This document shows positions 50,374-62,663 of a stretch of 64,000 nt of DNA, one piece after another. A program made the translations under genes and the position numbers. Position 1 is the stretch's first letter; the number at the start of each line of letters is the position of its first letter. The notes below the pieces were generated by a model. It saw nothing but the letters and a program-made list of their open reading frames with translations. It was not told the DNA's origin and did no database searches. Origin of the DNA: Geosiphon pyriformis uo1 (lineage: Eukaryota; Fungi; Glomeromycota); NCBI GenBank assembly GCA_016748015.1, contig JAAOMT010000289.1:62001-126000 (forward strand). The letters run 5' to 3'.

Positions 50374-51741
50374 CTACATTTTAATGACAATGATTGGTTT
50401 CAGATCTTGTGGTATATCTTCTGGTCTAATTAATGAAATTTGTGTTCCTAGTTGAGGTACTGATGATGATAATTCCTGTTTTACATGATAAATTTTTAAC
50501 TGATTTCCATGTGCTACTTTTTTTAAAATCCTGTCTTCCAATCGTAATTTGTAAGCTTTATTTCCTAATGCTTTATGTATGTAGAATGAACTGTCGCACT
50601 TTGGGTCAAACTTTCCACTCCACTGTTTCTCAGCTTTTGTACGATGTAACAGTACTTGGTCTCCAATCTTGAATTCCATTGGTTGTTCTGATAGGTGTTT
50701 ATTATGTCTTTCTTTTTGTCATTCTTGAGCGTAACTAATATTGTCAGCTGCTGTTCTTTGATTGTTTTTCAATATTTCCATTAGCTGGTATGTTTTTTGG
50801 TGTAAGATAGCCTCAAAATTTTTTTCATTAATTGTTTCTGTTGGGTATGACAGTATTACTCGTTCAATCGGTAATGTAGCTTTTCTTCCATAGACTAGTT
50901 CGAACAGTGTGAACTGAGTCATATTTTGTTTCAATGTTCGGTATACAAAAAATACAGAAGATATGAATAAGTCCCATTCTTGTCTGTTTTTATGACTTAT
51001 TTTTGCTAGTGCTTTGCATAGTGTTTTGTTAAATTGTTCTACCAGTCTATTTGTTTGTGAGTGGTATGGTGACAATAAGGGTCTCTTTATTCCAAACCAT
51101 TGGCTTAGTTCAGTTAGTGTATTATTAATAAAGTGTGTTTCCTGATCAGATAATAATTCTTTTGGACATCCATGTCAGCAAATTAGGTTTTGATGCACAA
51201 ATTTGGCAACTGTTTTGGCATCAGCCACTTGGATTGCTCTGGCTTCTGGCCATTTTGTAAGATAGTCTATGGCTACAATAATATAGTAATTTCCTTGGGA
51301 TGTAATTGAAAGAGGTCCAACCAAATTGATCCCAATTCTATCAAATAGATTTCCAACTGGAATGGGTCGAAGTGGTTCTGTTGATCTTGCTCCTTCTCTT
51401 TGCTGACATGCGTCACAATTGAGCACATATTCAAAAATGTCTTTGTACATTGTTGGCCAATAGTATAAGTTTAGTGTTCTTTCAAGGATAGCATCTTTGT
51501 TAAAGTGTTCTGCAGTCAGATCTGAGTGCACACTATATAGTATAGTTTCTCTTTCACTGTTCTTGATTAGTCGTTGTGGGTTGGAGTGGTTTTGGTGTTC
51601 TCGTCGATATAGTTGGTTGTTTTGAATAAAATAATTTCGGGCTTGTTTTTATATGGTACTCTGTTCCTGTTGAGATAATATCTTCTTGAAACATAGTGTC
51701 GATAGGTACTGATGTAGTTGTTGATAAGTGAGTGTGTCCAT
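50374..51741 (-). pseudogene. Integrase of A2 (HHCC, DDE core, GPF/Y C-terminus; no chromodomain recognised)
   Basis: ORFs at 51649, 51175, 50719 and 50374 share one frame; MHSDLTAEH...CDAC; IGINLVGPL; YHSQTNRLVEQFN. Confidence 0.93.
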
Positions 51742-51751
51742 GGATTTGGGA

Positions 51752-53130
51752 TTAGGTTTGTGGCATTTTCGACAAACTGTCAGCATTGGTGTTCTTGGAT
51801 CCTTCCTTGTAATGGACTTTGAGTGGGAATTGTTGCAGATAAGTACTTCATCTCGCATATTTTCCTTCTAGTTGTGGATTGTTGAGTAACCAAATAAGTC
51901 TTTTGTGGTCAGTATATAGATTAAATGGTTAACTGAGGTAATGTTTCCAAGTCTGTACAGCCCAATAAATGGTGAAACATTTCAGATCTGTTGTGCTGTA
52001 ATTCTTTTCTACTGGGCTAGTGCTGCGATTAACATAGACAACTGGGTGTTTTCTATTGTCCGGTCCTATCTGTGATAAGACTGCTCCTAGAGCATTTTTC
52101 GAGACATCTGTAGCAACAATAAACTGTTTAGTGAAATCTGGGTAAATCAGGATTGGGGATGTGATCAATCGCTGCTTGAGATAGTCAAATGCTTTCTGTT
52201 GATCTTCCTTCCACAAGTACGGTACGTATTTGGACAACAATTGATGGAGTAGTTTTATGATGTTCGAAAAACCTTTAACAAATCAACGATAATATCCTGC
52301 CAATCCTAGAAATCTTCATAATTCTCTGAGGTTGATTGGAGCTAGAAAATTCTTGACTTTTTGTACTTTATCTGAATTGGGTTTAACTCCATTCTTGCCA
52401 ATTACATGTCTTAGGAATTTTAACTCGGTTTTTCTAAAAAAGCACTTCTCGGGATTGAGTTTCAATCTGGCACTACAAAGACATACAAAAACTTGTTGCA
52501 GGTGGAGCAAATGGTCATCAAATGTTTCGAAGAACACATTTGTGTTATCTAGGTAGACTACTACTGATTTCCAAAGGATTTCTTTGTATACTACATCCAT
52601 TAGGCGTTGAAATGTGGCAGGAGCATTACAAAGTCCAAAAAGCATTACGTTAAACTCGAAGTTTCTGTCTTAAGTGGTAAATGCTGTTTTTTTTTTGTCT
52701 TTGGGATCTATTTCAACTTGCCAGTAACAACTTGCTAAATCTAATGATGAGAACCATTTCTTTTTTCCTAGATTGTCCAGAATTTCCTGGATGAAGGGAG
52801 TGGGATAATTATCTCTTCGCATGATGCTATTTAGTTTTCAATAATCTACGCAGAATCACACTTTTCCATTTTTCTTGGTGACTAAGACTACTGGAGAGAA
52901 CCAAGGGCTTAACAATTCTTTGATTAGGCTGTTATCAAGCATCCGTTGCACTTTTTGCTTAATTAGGTTATTGCCAGATGGGAGTACGTGGTAAGCTCAT
53001 TGCTTAATCAGTCAAGCATCTCTCATATCAATCTGATGTTTCACAATGTTGGTGCGTCCGAACTCATTTTCACTGGCAAAGACATTGGCATACTAATTCA
53101 GAAGGACTTTAAGTTGCATTTGTTGCAGGG
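51752..53130 (-). pseudogene. RT and RNase H of A2
   Basis: FGLCNAPATFQRLMD...VYLDNT (YxDD site); ATDVSKNALGAVLSQ; ends NADSLSKMPQT*. Confidence 0.93.
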
Positions 53131-53574
53131 TACTTAAATTTCTTAAATTCAATTTATTGATTTCTTCTGGTGTGAACAAGTAACTTTCTTTTGGCAAATT
53201 TCATACTTGTAAGATAATGTCACAGAATAAGAATAATTGTGCAAAATCTGGAATGGACTGGGGTTTTTCAGAATTCTGAATATCTGCGAATATGAACTGA
53301 CAAGGGTCCCTTCAGGAATTTCAATGACATCTTCTGTCGGGTTGTGGATGGAGATTTTGAAGTGTTTATGGGCTTTGGCTGGTAGGTATAGATTAGCAAC
53401 ATTGGCTAGGAAACAGATTTTGGGACTGGCTTTGAATAACAGGGCTTGATCTTGGATCTTTTGATTCACCTTGAGGATGTATTGTTGGTATGGGGGAATG
53501 GAGATAACGGTGTTGGTGTTGATAAATTCTACCTGGTTACTGTCTTCCTCCATGAAATTAACTGCTACATTTCC

Positions 53575-53970
53575 TCTTCCACTTGATCCAAACCCATTGA
53601 TTCCTTGGGCAGTGAGGTCTAACTCTTTTTGGATTGTTACCAGAGTTAATTGGGGTATTTTGACTAGGGGTAGAAAGATAGCTTGGGCAATCTTTTCTTG
53701 TGATTCTATTTTGTAGGGTCTGTCCGAATTGTTCTGTAGCATCACAATAATGTTTCCCATATAACCAGCATCGATGATTCCTTCTTTTACGGCAATTTTT
53801 TTCTTGGCTAGACTAGATCAAGAGACAACTTGTACCATTGTACTAACAGGAATTTCTAACACTATTTTAAAATCTATTTTTACAAGGGAATGTGGGGCTA
53901 TAATGATGAGTAATTGTCTGGAGTATTGTAGGTTGAAACCAGCATCGGTGTCATGCGCTTTTTTGGGGCA
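53575..53970 (-). pseudogene. Trimeric-type dUTPase domain in the A2 polyprotein
   Basis: All five motifs in order: DAGFNL, S*SSLA, IIDAGYMGNI, KIAQAI, QGINGFGSSG. Confidence 0.92.
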
Positions 53971-55038
53971 GATTCCTTCCTCATTGTTACTGTACCATTT
54001 TAGCTCTAGTTTTTTGGATAGGTCGGGATATGCGAGATACTGTTCTGTTTTGGTATCCTCAATTGGATCTTGAAATGACATGTCCTCAGTAATCAATACC
54101 TCTTCTTCAGGCTCAGGTAGTTCGGTAATTGGAAACAGTATTCTTGGAGGCAGATTGACCATGAGATCACATTTGTTACAGTACTGGAAATAACAGAGGA
54201 TCAAACAGTGATTGCACAGTTTGGTATTCAAATCGGCCAACCTTTGCTCCTGTTCTTTGTAAGTCAGGGCCAATTCCTGATATCAGTTCTGAAATGCATC
54301 TGGGTCATCTGTGAAGAAATCATCCTTGGGGTAGTCGAGTCCATTATATTCGGGTGTCCAAGAGTTGTCCTTGATTTCTCATATTTCTTCAGACGTGGTG
54401 TCTTCAGCCTTGGTGCTTGCCATTCTCTAGATTTCGTGGTCATTATATGGATAACTGTTCAGCCTGTTGAGGGCTCATTTCCAAGTGTCCTTGATGGGGG
54501 TTCCCTTTCATACCCAATCATTGATTAATATGGTGTATTGACAAGCCTTGTCATATGTTTCCCCTCTGCCAAGCACATCATTCCAGAGTCCTTCATCTGG
54601 CAGGATTTCGCCACATGCGAGGCACGACATATTGTCTCACTTGCCTTGTCATTTTGGTTATCCAAATCTTTCCAGTAAACAAGGTCTGCAATAGTATTTG
54701 GTGGCAGTAGGCCATTCTTCGTTGTCTCTGATATATGTGCCCATAGTGGATAGTTTTTTTCCACAATTGACACATATTAGTCTTGGGAGTTGGTAAAATA
54801 AGTTTCTTTGGTCTGAGGTTATGTATCCTAGTGATGATGATTGGGGTTTTTCTTCGGCTCTGCCTTTTCTTTTTTCTTCCCAAATTGGTGGTGAGGGTAG
54901 TTCAGTTCAATAATCATCTGCCCATAAAACCTGATAGGTCTTGATGGTTAGTGGCATTAATGTGTCTTCGAATTCAATAAGGGGTTTCTTAGTACATTGG
55001 GTTTTAAAGTGTCTGCATGTAGCTGGGACTCGGGCATG

Positions 55039-55380
55039 CTATCTGTTGAACGTGAGTTGAAGTTTTTGGGTGTTCCAGTCAAGAGTAGCATTGGCTTTTG
55101 ACAACCAATCATTTTTTACTAGAGCTTGATATTGAATAGCTTCTATGACAAGTACTTTGGTAAGGATTTGGATTTCATTAATCTTAAAGGGAAAGTTGTC
55201 AATTTTTCCTATTGGGGTTTTTGTGTTTCCATCTGCTGTAATGATCCGGGCAGTAGTGGCATGATCTACTTGGCAACCTAGTTGGTCCATGAGCTGCTTT
55301 GTGATTATGCTACCGGCTGATCCACTATCCAGGATTAATTTAATGTCTATTTCTTCGACTCTGGTATCAGTGTATAAGGC
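55039..55380 (-). pseudogene. Retropepsin aspartic protease of A2
   Basis: IKLILDSGSAGSII...ITADG...ALVKNDWL. Confidence 0.92.
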
Positions 55381-55599
55381 TGTTATTGGTTTATCCTGAT
55401 TAATGACTGCTCCACTAAAAAGACTATGGGTGTTCAAATTATTGATGTCAAAAGGAAATATGGCGGCTAGGGTGGTGTCTTTGGTAATAGTGACTGGTGG
55501 GATATTGCTTTTTGTTTGCTTGGAAGGTTGGGAGATTTGTTCTATATTCCCCTCTTCCACAGGTGTAGATTTATCAAAACCCTAAGCTTGATTTGGGTA

Positions 55600-57540
55600 T
55601 CCAGTTGGTGTTAGTCAAAATTGGGCAGGACCACGAGGGATTGGTCGAAACAGTCTACTGTTGGTTTGCACCTGATTGTTGTTGGGATTCCTCCATCTCT
55701 GATTATAGTCTATAGCTCGAGGTCTGGACAGGCTGTAAGGGAAAGTTTGATAGTGAGAGATTGCTTGTGTCATTGGTGGTAGTTGATAATAATTCTGGGG
55801 TGGTGGTTGAGTGTACAGAATTTGTTGTGCGTATAGAGGCAGTTGATTCTAAGGTATGGAATATTGGGGTACCATGTTTTGCTGATATCTGGATTGCTAA
55901 TATGGGTTTCTTTGATTTTGGTCCATGATCTTCCTTTTGCAGTCACAGGCAATGTGTCTAGGTTTCTGGCAGTAGTAACAGTTGTGGGGATTGGATCTCC
56001 AAGGTTGTTGCTATTGCTGATGGTTTTGTTGCTGTGGATATCTGCTGTTGTTGTTATTTTCTCTCCGTTGGGGTGGTTGGTAAGTTCCTGTAGTTCCAGC
56101 TAAGAATCCCTCAATTTTCTGAGTTAGTTTTTCACTCAATTGGGTTATCTTTGCATCGATGTCAGAGGTTTTATTAATGGCTAAATTAACGGTTTGGGTA
56201 TGGTTTGCTTCTTGTTCTGCAGACTCAAAATCGCAAGTGAGAATGACAGTGTCTTGTAAACTGGTTGGATGGCAGGATCTTATGAATCTTAGAATACCAC
56301 TCCGCAATCCTTTAATGAATTGATTAAGAACTTGTGCTGCAGTGTAGTAGTCCCTTTTGATAGCTAATATTTGATGCAAAATTTGATTGAATTGTCCGAG
56401 ATAAGTAGTTACTGCTTTATAATCTTTTTGTTTAATTATGCTGAATTGATTCTGCAATTGGATTAACATATTGAGATCACAGAAGTATTGCAGAAATGCA
56501 AGTTTAAACTCAGTAAAGAAGGTAGGTTTCTCTGTAAGGCTCTAATACCATGAATTGGCAGTTTTGGTCAGAAAAAATGGCAGTGCCTGAATTGTGCAGT
56601 TGTTGTTTCAACTGTTAGTGGTAATTGCTTTCTCAGCATCCGCAATCCAAGAATATGCATTATCTTTTTCACCAGAGAATTTTTCCAATTTAGCAATATC
56701 CTGGTAAGCCATGATCTGGTTAATAGGTGGGGTGTTACTGGTTATGTTTAAAGGGATTAGTGTCTACATATTCAAGTGTTCTCTGGGTGCTAATGCTGGT
56801 TGTTTTTCTTTGTTGCTTGAACCAATAGGTTGTAAGATAGCTGTTTTTTCCATCAAGGGAGATGCTGATTCTGCTAGGTTTTGTGCTGGTGGCTGTTCTC
56901 AAGTTGACGGGTTTTCTTCTGTTTGACTGGCTGCTGGAGTAAGATTTCCAAACAGTAATCTATATTCTCCTAGTGATTTGGTCCAACTGTGTTGATTCCA
57001 AGGGTGTGGATTTCCAGGAGTTCGTGGTGTTTCTGACTGGGTTTCCAGGGGTGGGTTGAATACAATTCTACTCTGGAGTGTCTGATAGTATAATGGAGTT
57101 GTTGGGAAAAAGACCCTTGGTTTCTTGTTGACTGTGAACTTGGCTTGGGCAGTTACGGGGTTGTTGGATTCATCTTCGTATTCTTCAAGGTCAGATTTCA
57201 CTGGTTGTTGTACTTGAGGGAATTGTTATACCATGTAATATTTAATGTCTGTATCAATTATGCACAGAGTTTTAGTGATTGCTCGGGTAGTCATGGCTGT
57301 TGAGTACCCTAGTAAGCTTTGATGGATTTGTTCTCCAAGTCTTTCTGTATCAGTTGCGTGGCCTAACAAACAGTCAATTTTTGCGTTAATATAGTTACAA
57401 AAAATCACTTTCTGTATAAGTGGTTTCTGTTGGTATTCCTAGGTCTTTTCGAAAGTATTGAAATAGTGCTTTTCCGTACAAGGAGTGGTCCTTTCCTATT
57501 GTTCTAATAGTTGCCACTTTTATGTATTTTTGGGGATGCT
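55600..57540 (-). pseudogene. gag of A2 with CCHC zinc knuckle
   Basis: Retrotrans_gag-like QFSIIKQKDYKAVTTYLGQF...NQFIKGL; CYYCQKPRHIACDC at ~55940-55985. Confidence 0.88.
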
Positions 57541-57579
57541 CTGTCTCTGTGGATTTATAATCTCATAAGGAGCACCAAA

Positions 57580-58642
57580 TGTTATGGGTAAACTTGGTGG
57601 GTATGGGAAATGGTAACATTTGATGCTCTCAATTATGGATAATGCATCTTCTGCGTAATTCTGTTGGCTTAGTCTTGATTATCAGTCTCTGAAGATCTAT
57701 TTCTGAATGTGAATTTATCCGTTGAGTTTTTTGGTTATAAGGCACAGAGTTTGTCTTTTGTTGATTGCAATGTTTTTTGTAAATATGAGCTTTCTTCTCT
57801 GAGCTAACGAGTGCAGTCATTAGGGTCTGGTGTTGTCTTTTTGCCCTTCTGGTAAACTAACAAAATAATGTTAATATCCAAAACTTAGGAAGAGCTTTCC
57901 TCTTTTACCAGGCTATCACGAAGTCTATTCCCAGACAGTCGATTTTACTATGTTGCCACTCCACAAAAATAAGACAGAAAAAAAAAGAAAAAGAGAAAAA
58001 AAGATAAATTAGTATCGTCAATTACCGTGATCAAGAGTGATTGGTCCAAATTGTTAATAGGTTCGAAGTAATTATGCTAAGAGCATCTGTTCTAAAATGG
58101 AGGTACGAGACAAGGGTTAATTCATGTAAATTCTACGAAGTTCGAGAACATAAATTTGTGATTCTGATTTCTTTTTAATAATTGGTTTATTTTAGGAGAT
58201 GAAATAGAGAAGATAATAAAGGATGAAAGGGTATGAATATTTAATTCTTGTCTAAAGGTTCATATCTATCTGTCTGTTTTTTCTTACTTCTACAACTACT
58301 TGCTTTTATATATTCTTTTGGTTTTACAGAATTGTTTTTAATTGTCTCGCTATTACTAGCTATTGCTTTGTTGTTTCTGTTATTGCTTTATTTTTCTACG
58401 TTATCACTAGTTATCCTATGTTATAACATGTTATCTGACATTATTACATGTTATTCTGTGTTATCCTGTGTTATAACATGTTATCCTATGTTATTGCGTG
58501 CTATTCTGTGTTATTCTGCGTTATAACACATTATCCTATGTTATAACGCATTATCTAACGTTATTGTGTGTTATTCTGTGTTATGTCACGTTTTAATCAC
58601 GTTTTTTCATAACTTTGGATCAGTTTTTCTACTTGGGTAACA
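57580..58642 (-). repeat. 5' LTR of A2
   Basis: Adjacent to PBS TGGTGCTCCTTATGAG; direct repeat of 48482-49544. Confidence 0.96.
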
Positions 58643-58677
58643 ATATTTGGAATTGAGATTTCATGCTTCAAACAGAT

Positions 58678-61600
58678 TTATTCATTGGATTCAAAGATTT
58701 GTTGTGTAGTGGTGGGTTTTGAGCAAGTGTAAATTTCGTGATGTTCTCCTAAAGGTGAAATGGTAATTGGCTGGGGAAGTTGAAAAATCTGATGAGATTC
58801 ATTTTGTGTATTAAGAGCTATGTTTACTGGAACTGTAAATCGTCCAATTGAACCAAAACCTTGAGTTCTTTCACTTTTTCCCAATTGTTCTCTGTTGTTT
58901 ACTGATTGTAAATCCGAAATGTTGATTAAGGGTAAGTAAATTAATTGAGCAATTTTTTCAGCATGTTCAATTTTGAATGGTTTGTCTGTCTCATTCTGTA
59001 ACATGATGGTAATATCTCCAGTGTATCCTGCATCTATAACTTCTCCTCTAATATTAATTCCTTTGCTTGCCAATAATAATCTGGAGGCAATTTGCATCAT
59101 TGGTCCTGGTGAAATTTCAAAAGCAATTTTGAAATTGATTTTTGTCAAAGACTTTGGTTGGAGAATCAAAATATCTTTTCCTGGGTATCTTAGGTCATAT
59201 CCAGCATCAATTTCGTGTGCTTTTTCTGATCTGATTCCTTGGCCATGGTTGTCAAAATATTTAAGTTGTAGAGGTGGTTGCTTTTTAAGAAGATAGATGG
59301 GAGTGGTTGGTAGTTTTTCTACTAGTTCAGATATTCCAAATTCGATTTCATTTTCATCATTTTCATCTGGCAGAGGAATGCTAAGAGCATAACATTCTAA
59401 ACACCATTGGTCATCACAAGGCATAACACATTCTTCACACAATTGAATGTTCATTTGCTCTAATCATTGAATTTGAGCTTCTTTGGTCGAATATGTGTGG
59501 CTTGCAATTTGGTGGTAGGTTTCTACTTCATCTTCATAATCAAATCCAGCTAATTCTATGGTATACTCAATGTATTCAGCTTCTTTTATTTGGCAGGCAT
59601 CTTCTTGGGTGGCTCCATTGATCAATGCCATTGTTAGGTTAAAAATCAATTTAGTATTATGAGGGTAGTGGTAAAGTTTATTGAGAACACTGTTGTATGC
59701 TGTATCAAATAGTGTTCCTCTTCTGACTTTTTCCGAAATTGATAGAACATATTGACAGGTTTGATCATATACTCCTCTTCTTATTGCAACATCAATTCAG
59801 TTGCATTCTTCTGGTAACATATCTCCACATGTAAGGCAAGGTGTTTTGTTCCATTTTCCACTTCTCTTTGGGGATCCAAATCATTCTCTATGGCATGCTT
59901 TGTAGAAGTAGCAAGTGCAAGTTTTATATTCCTCTTTTGGGGAAATACAGGCTCCCATAGATGAAAGCTTCTTTTTGCAATCTTTGCATTTTAGTGGAAT
60001 ATATGGTGGTTCTTTTCGTAATTTTGGTGTAGAATATCTAATTTTCTTTCATCTTCTTGATTCTTTGAAAATCTTTTGTTCTGTTTCCTCAGCCCAATTG
60101 GATGGTGATCCAAGAGTCATGTAGGTTTCAGTAAATGGCATTTTCTTCTCTTCTTCAAATTCAAATACTGGAGCTTTTTCTGATTATTTGTTAAAGATAC
60201 CACAAGTTGCAGATACTATGGTATATTGTTCTTGATATGAGATTTTAAGTTCTTGAGTTTCTCAGTTCAGGTTTGCATTGGCCTTAAGAAGCCAATTATT
60301 TCTGACTAGAGCTTGGTATTGTAGTGCATCCATAACAAGAACTTTAACTGGAATGGTGATTCCATCAATTGTAAAGAGGAAATCATCAATTTCTTCTACT
60401 GGAGTCCTCTTCATACCATCAGCTGTAACAATAACTGTTTGAGCTAGTCTGTCTACATTTTGTTTGAGTTGTTACATCAGCTAGTAAATAATGATACTTC
60501 TAGCCAATCCACTACCTAAGATTAAGTGAATGGGTTTTTCTTTTACTGTAGCTTCTGTGTACATAGCAGTAATTGCTTTCTGTTTATTGACTGCTGGATT
60601 ACTAAGCAGAAATGGTGATTCATTTGCTTCAAATTCAAATGAAAATATATCTAACAGATTGGCATTTTGGGCAATTTAAGTTGGTGGAATGGTATGGTTG
60701 GAAGGGTTTGATCTTGGTGCTGCAACTTCATCTTCAGAAAGTGCAGTTTGTTGAAAATCCGATTCCTCTGGTATTGTAAGATAACTGGGTTGAGTGTAAT
60801 AGTGATTGGGTCTTTGCTGACCAGAATTTCGGGGAACCAACTAGTTATTTGGATTGATTCTGTTGTTGTTACTCTGCAATTGATTTTGGAGTGTAAATTG
60901 GTTATGTTGAACCAATCTTCTTGCTGGTACTTGATATTGTTAAGTGGATGGTGTCTGATATGGCTGAATTGGTAAAGGTTGTTAATATTGTTGCTGTATT
61001 GGTTGTGGAGCTAGTGGATAGTAACTGTTTTGATTTTGTGGTCTTGGTGAATAATAGGTTGGTGGTGGAGATTGGTAATAAGATTGTTGTAATGAAGAAT
61101 AATATTGATTACTCTTGTTTTGTTGGTCTCTTTGTAATTTCCTACAATCTTGTTTCCAGTGTTCTGGAATTTCACAATAATAACAATTTTGAGGTTGGTT
61201 GTTGGATGGTGATCCAAAATTGTTTTGGTTGTGTCATTGTGGGAGTTGATATCTTTGTGGTTGTTGTTGCTGTTGTTGTTGGTTTGTAAAATAGCTTTTA
61301 ACCTTTTTTGTGAGTTGGTCTATCTTCTCTTCAGCTGCTGAGCTGGTTTCTCCAATTACAAGGTTTACAAGCTTGGTGTGATTTGCTTCTTCCATTGCCA
61401 TTTCATAGCTCTTTGCATGTCTAATAGCAGTTGCTAAGTCTGTTAGAGCATGTAGACAGACTTTCTTAATCAGTTTGTCTTTTAATTCTGCTATAAACTG
61501 ATCCAGAATTTGAGCATCAGAATAGTAGTTATTGGTTTCCAATTGTCGGATTTGTTTGAGAAGTTTGTTAAATCTTCCAAGATAGGTTATAACAGTTTTA

Positions 61601-62630
61601 GATGTTTCTTGTTTGATATTGTGAAAGTGGTTTCTGAGAGTGATAGAGATATTGTTGTCAGTGAATTGTTGTAAAAAAACATTTTTGAATGCTTGTCAGT
61701 TTTCAAATGGTTCTTCTAAATTTTCAAACCATTTTCTTGCTGTTCCTTGGAAAAAATAGAGAATTGCTTTAAGCATTCTTGTTGCAATCCAACCATTTAC
61801 ATCTCCTGTTTTTTGAACTTTGTTGAGCCATTTTTGAGGACTGGTATTATTATCTTCACCTATGAATTCTGGAATCTTTGCAATGTAAGCAGTTGTCATT
61901 TTCTCTTTATTTTCTGTGGCTTCTCCTTGTTCTGATTCAGTTTCTTCACTTTCCAAATTTTCTGAATGATTACTTTTGTTTTCCTGCAAGTATTCAATAA
62001 TATTGGTGCTTGTTGATATAGGTTTCTGCTGTTGAGTAGAATTTTTAGGTGACTGAAAATCTTCTGGTCTGAAGAAATGGTTAAGTGGTGAATTTGGTGT
62101 TTGTAATCGAGCAAGTGAAATTGGAAATGGTGTGATAGAAAGTGGTAATTTGACACTGGTTCCTTGTTCAGGTGTTTGCAAGTGTTTGGCAGTTGTCTTT
62201 GGTAGTATTGGAGTGTTTAGAACAGTTTTTGAGTGTTGTTTCACTTTTTGTTTGCCTTTGTTGCCTGTTTCTGTTTCTGATTCAAAGTCAAAAGAGTATT
62301 TAGACTGTACTGAGTATTTTTCTTCACAATACTTGATAATGTTGTAATTGAGTTCTTGAAAGTAGGTGGCAAGTGTTTCACTGTTAAGGTCTTTAGTTCC
62401 CAATTGTGAATAGTATACTAGATTATTGTAAAGGTTGCTTCTCACTTCTGAAATATTGTAATTTCCAAAAAGATAATTGTTGATACGGTTTTCAATGTAT
62501 TGGTAGAGTGTTCTTTCAACAATTTCAATTCCGTCTGGAATGTTGAATCTCTGCTTGCAATGGGTGTAAATTGACTGATAATACTCTAGAGTTGTTGTGT
62601 CTGGTATGGTCGCTACTTTGAAGTTTGTTG
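58678..62630 (-). pseudogene. gag-protease-Cys-rich-dUTPase region of B
   Basis: ORFs at 61696, 61234, 59464 and 58678 share one frame; knuckle CYYCEIPEHWKQDC (~61145-61190); dUTPase DAGYDL, ASRLLLA, VIDAGYTGDI, KIAQ, RTQGFGSIG. Confidence 0.9.
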
Positions 62631-62663
62631 TTTACTGTGTTATTTCTGTAAGAGAGCACCAAA

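Larger units (their letters stand above)
48482..58642 (-). mobile_element. Full-length Gypsy element A2, innermost and best preserved, TSD ACAT/ATAT
   Basis: LTRs 48482-49544 and 57580-58642; PBS 57561-57577; PPT 49545-49562; the host B frame (ISIPNVYIPKG) rejoins after removal. Confidence 0.95.

Noticed and set aside
50374-50480. Chromodomain at the integrase C-terminus
   Set aside because: Only a GPF/Y module and a short PQ..EPIIVI-type tail are seen, with no Y.VKW.GY-type motif.
53237-54528. Plus-strand ORFs antisense to gag-pol (also 40655, 42338, 55843, 58973, 60921)
   Set aside because: Shadow ORFs of the minus-strand coding sequence, with no motifs and inconsistent boundaries between copies.
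55575-55595. In-frame TAG between gag and protease of A2, resembling MLV-type readthrough
   Set aside because: It is created by a 24-bp deletion relative to A1 (42522-42545); A0 and A1 lack it, so it is a copy-specific lesion.
57480-57577. No ATG at the start of gag, suggesting non-AUG initiation
   Set aside because: In-frame ATA codons could be decayed ATGs given the pervasive G>A changes; undecidable without a consensus.
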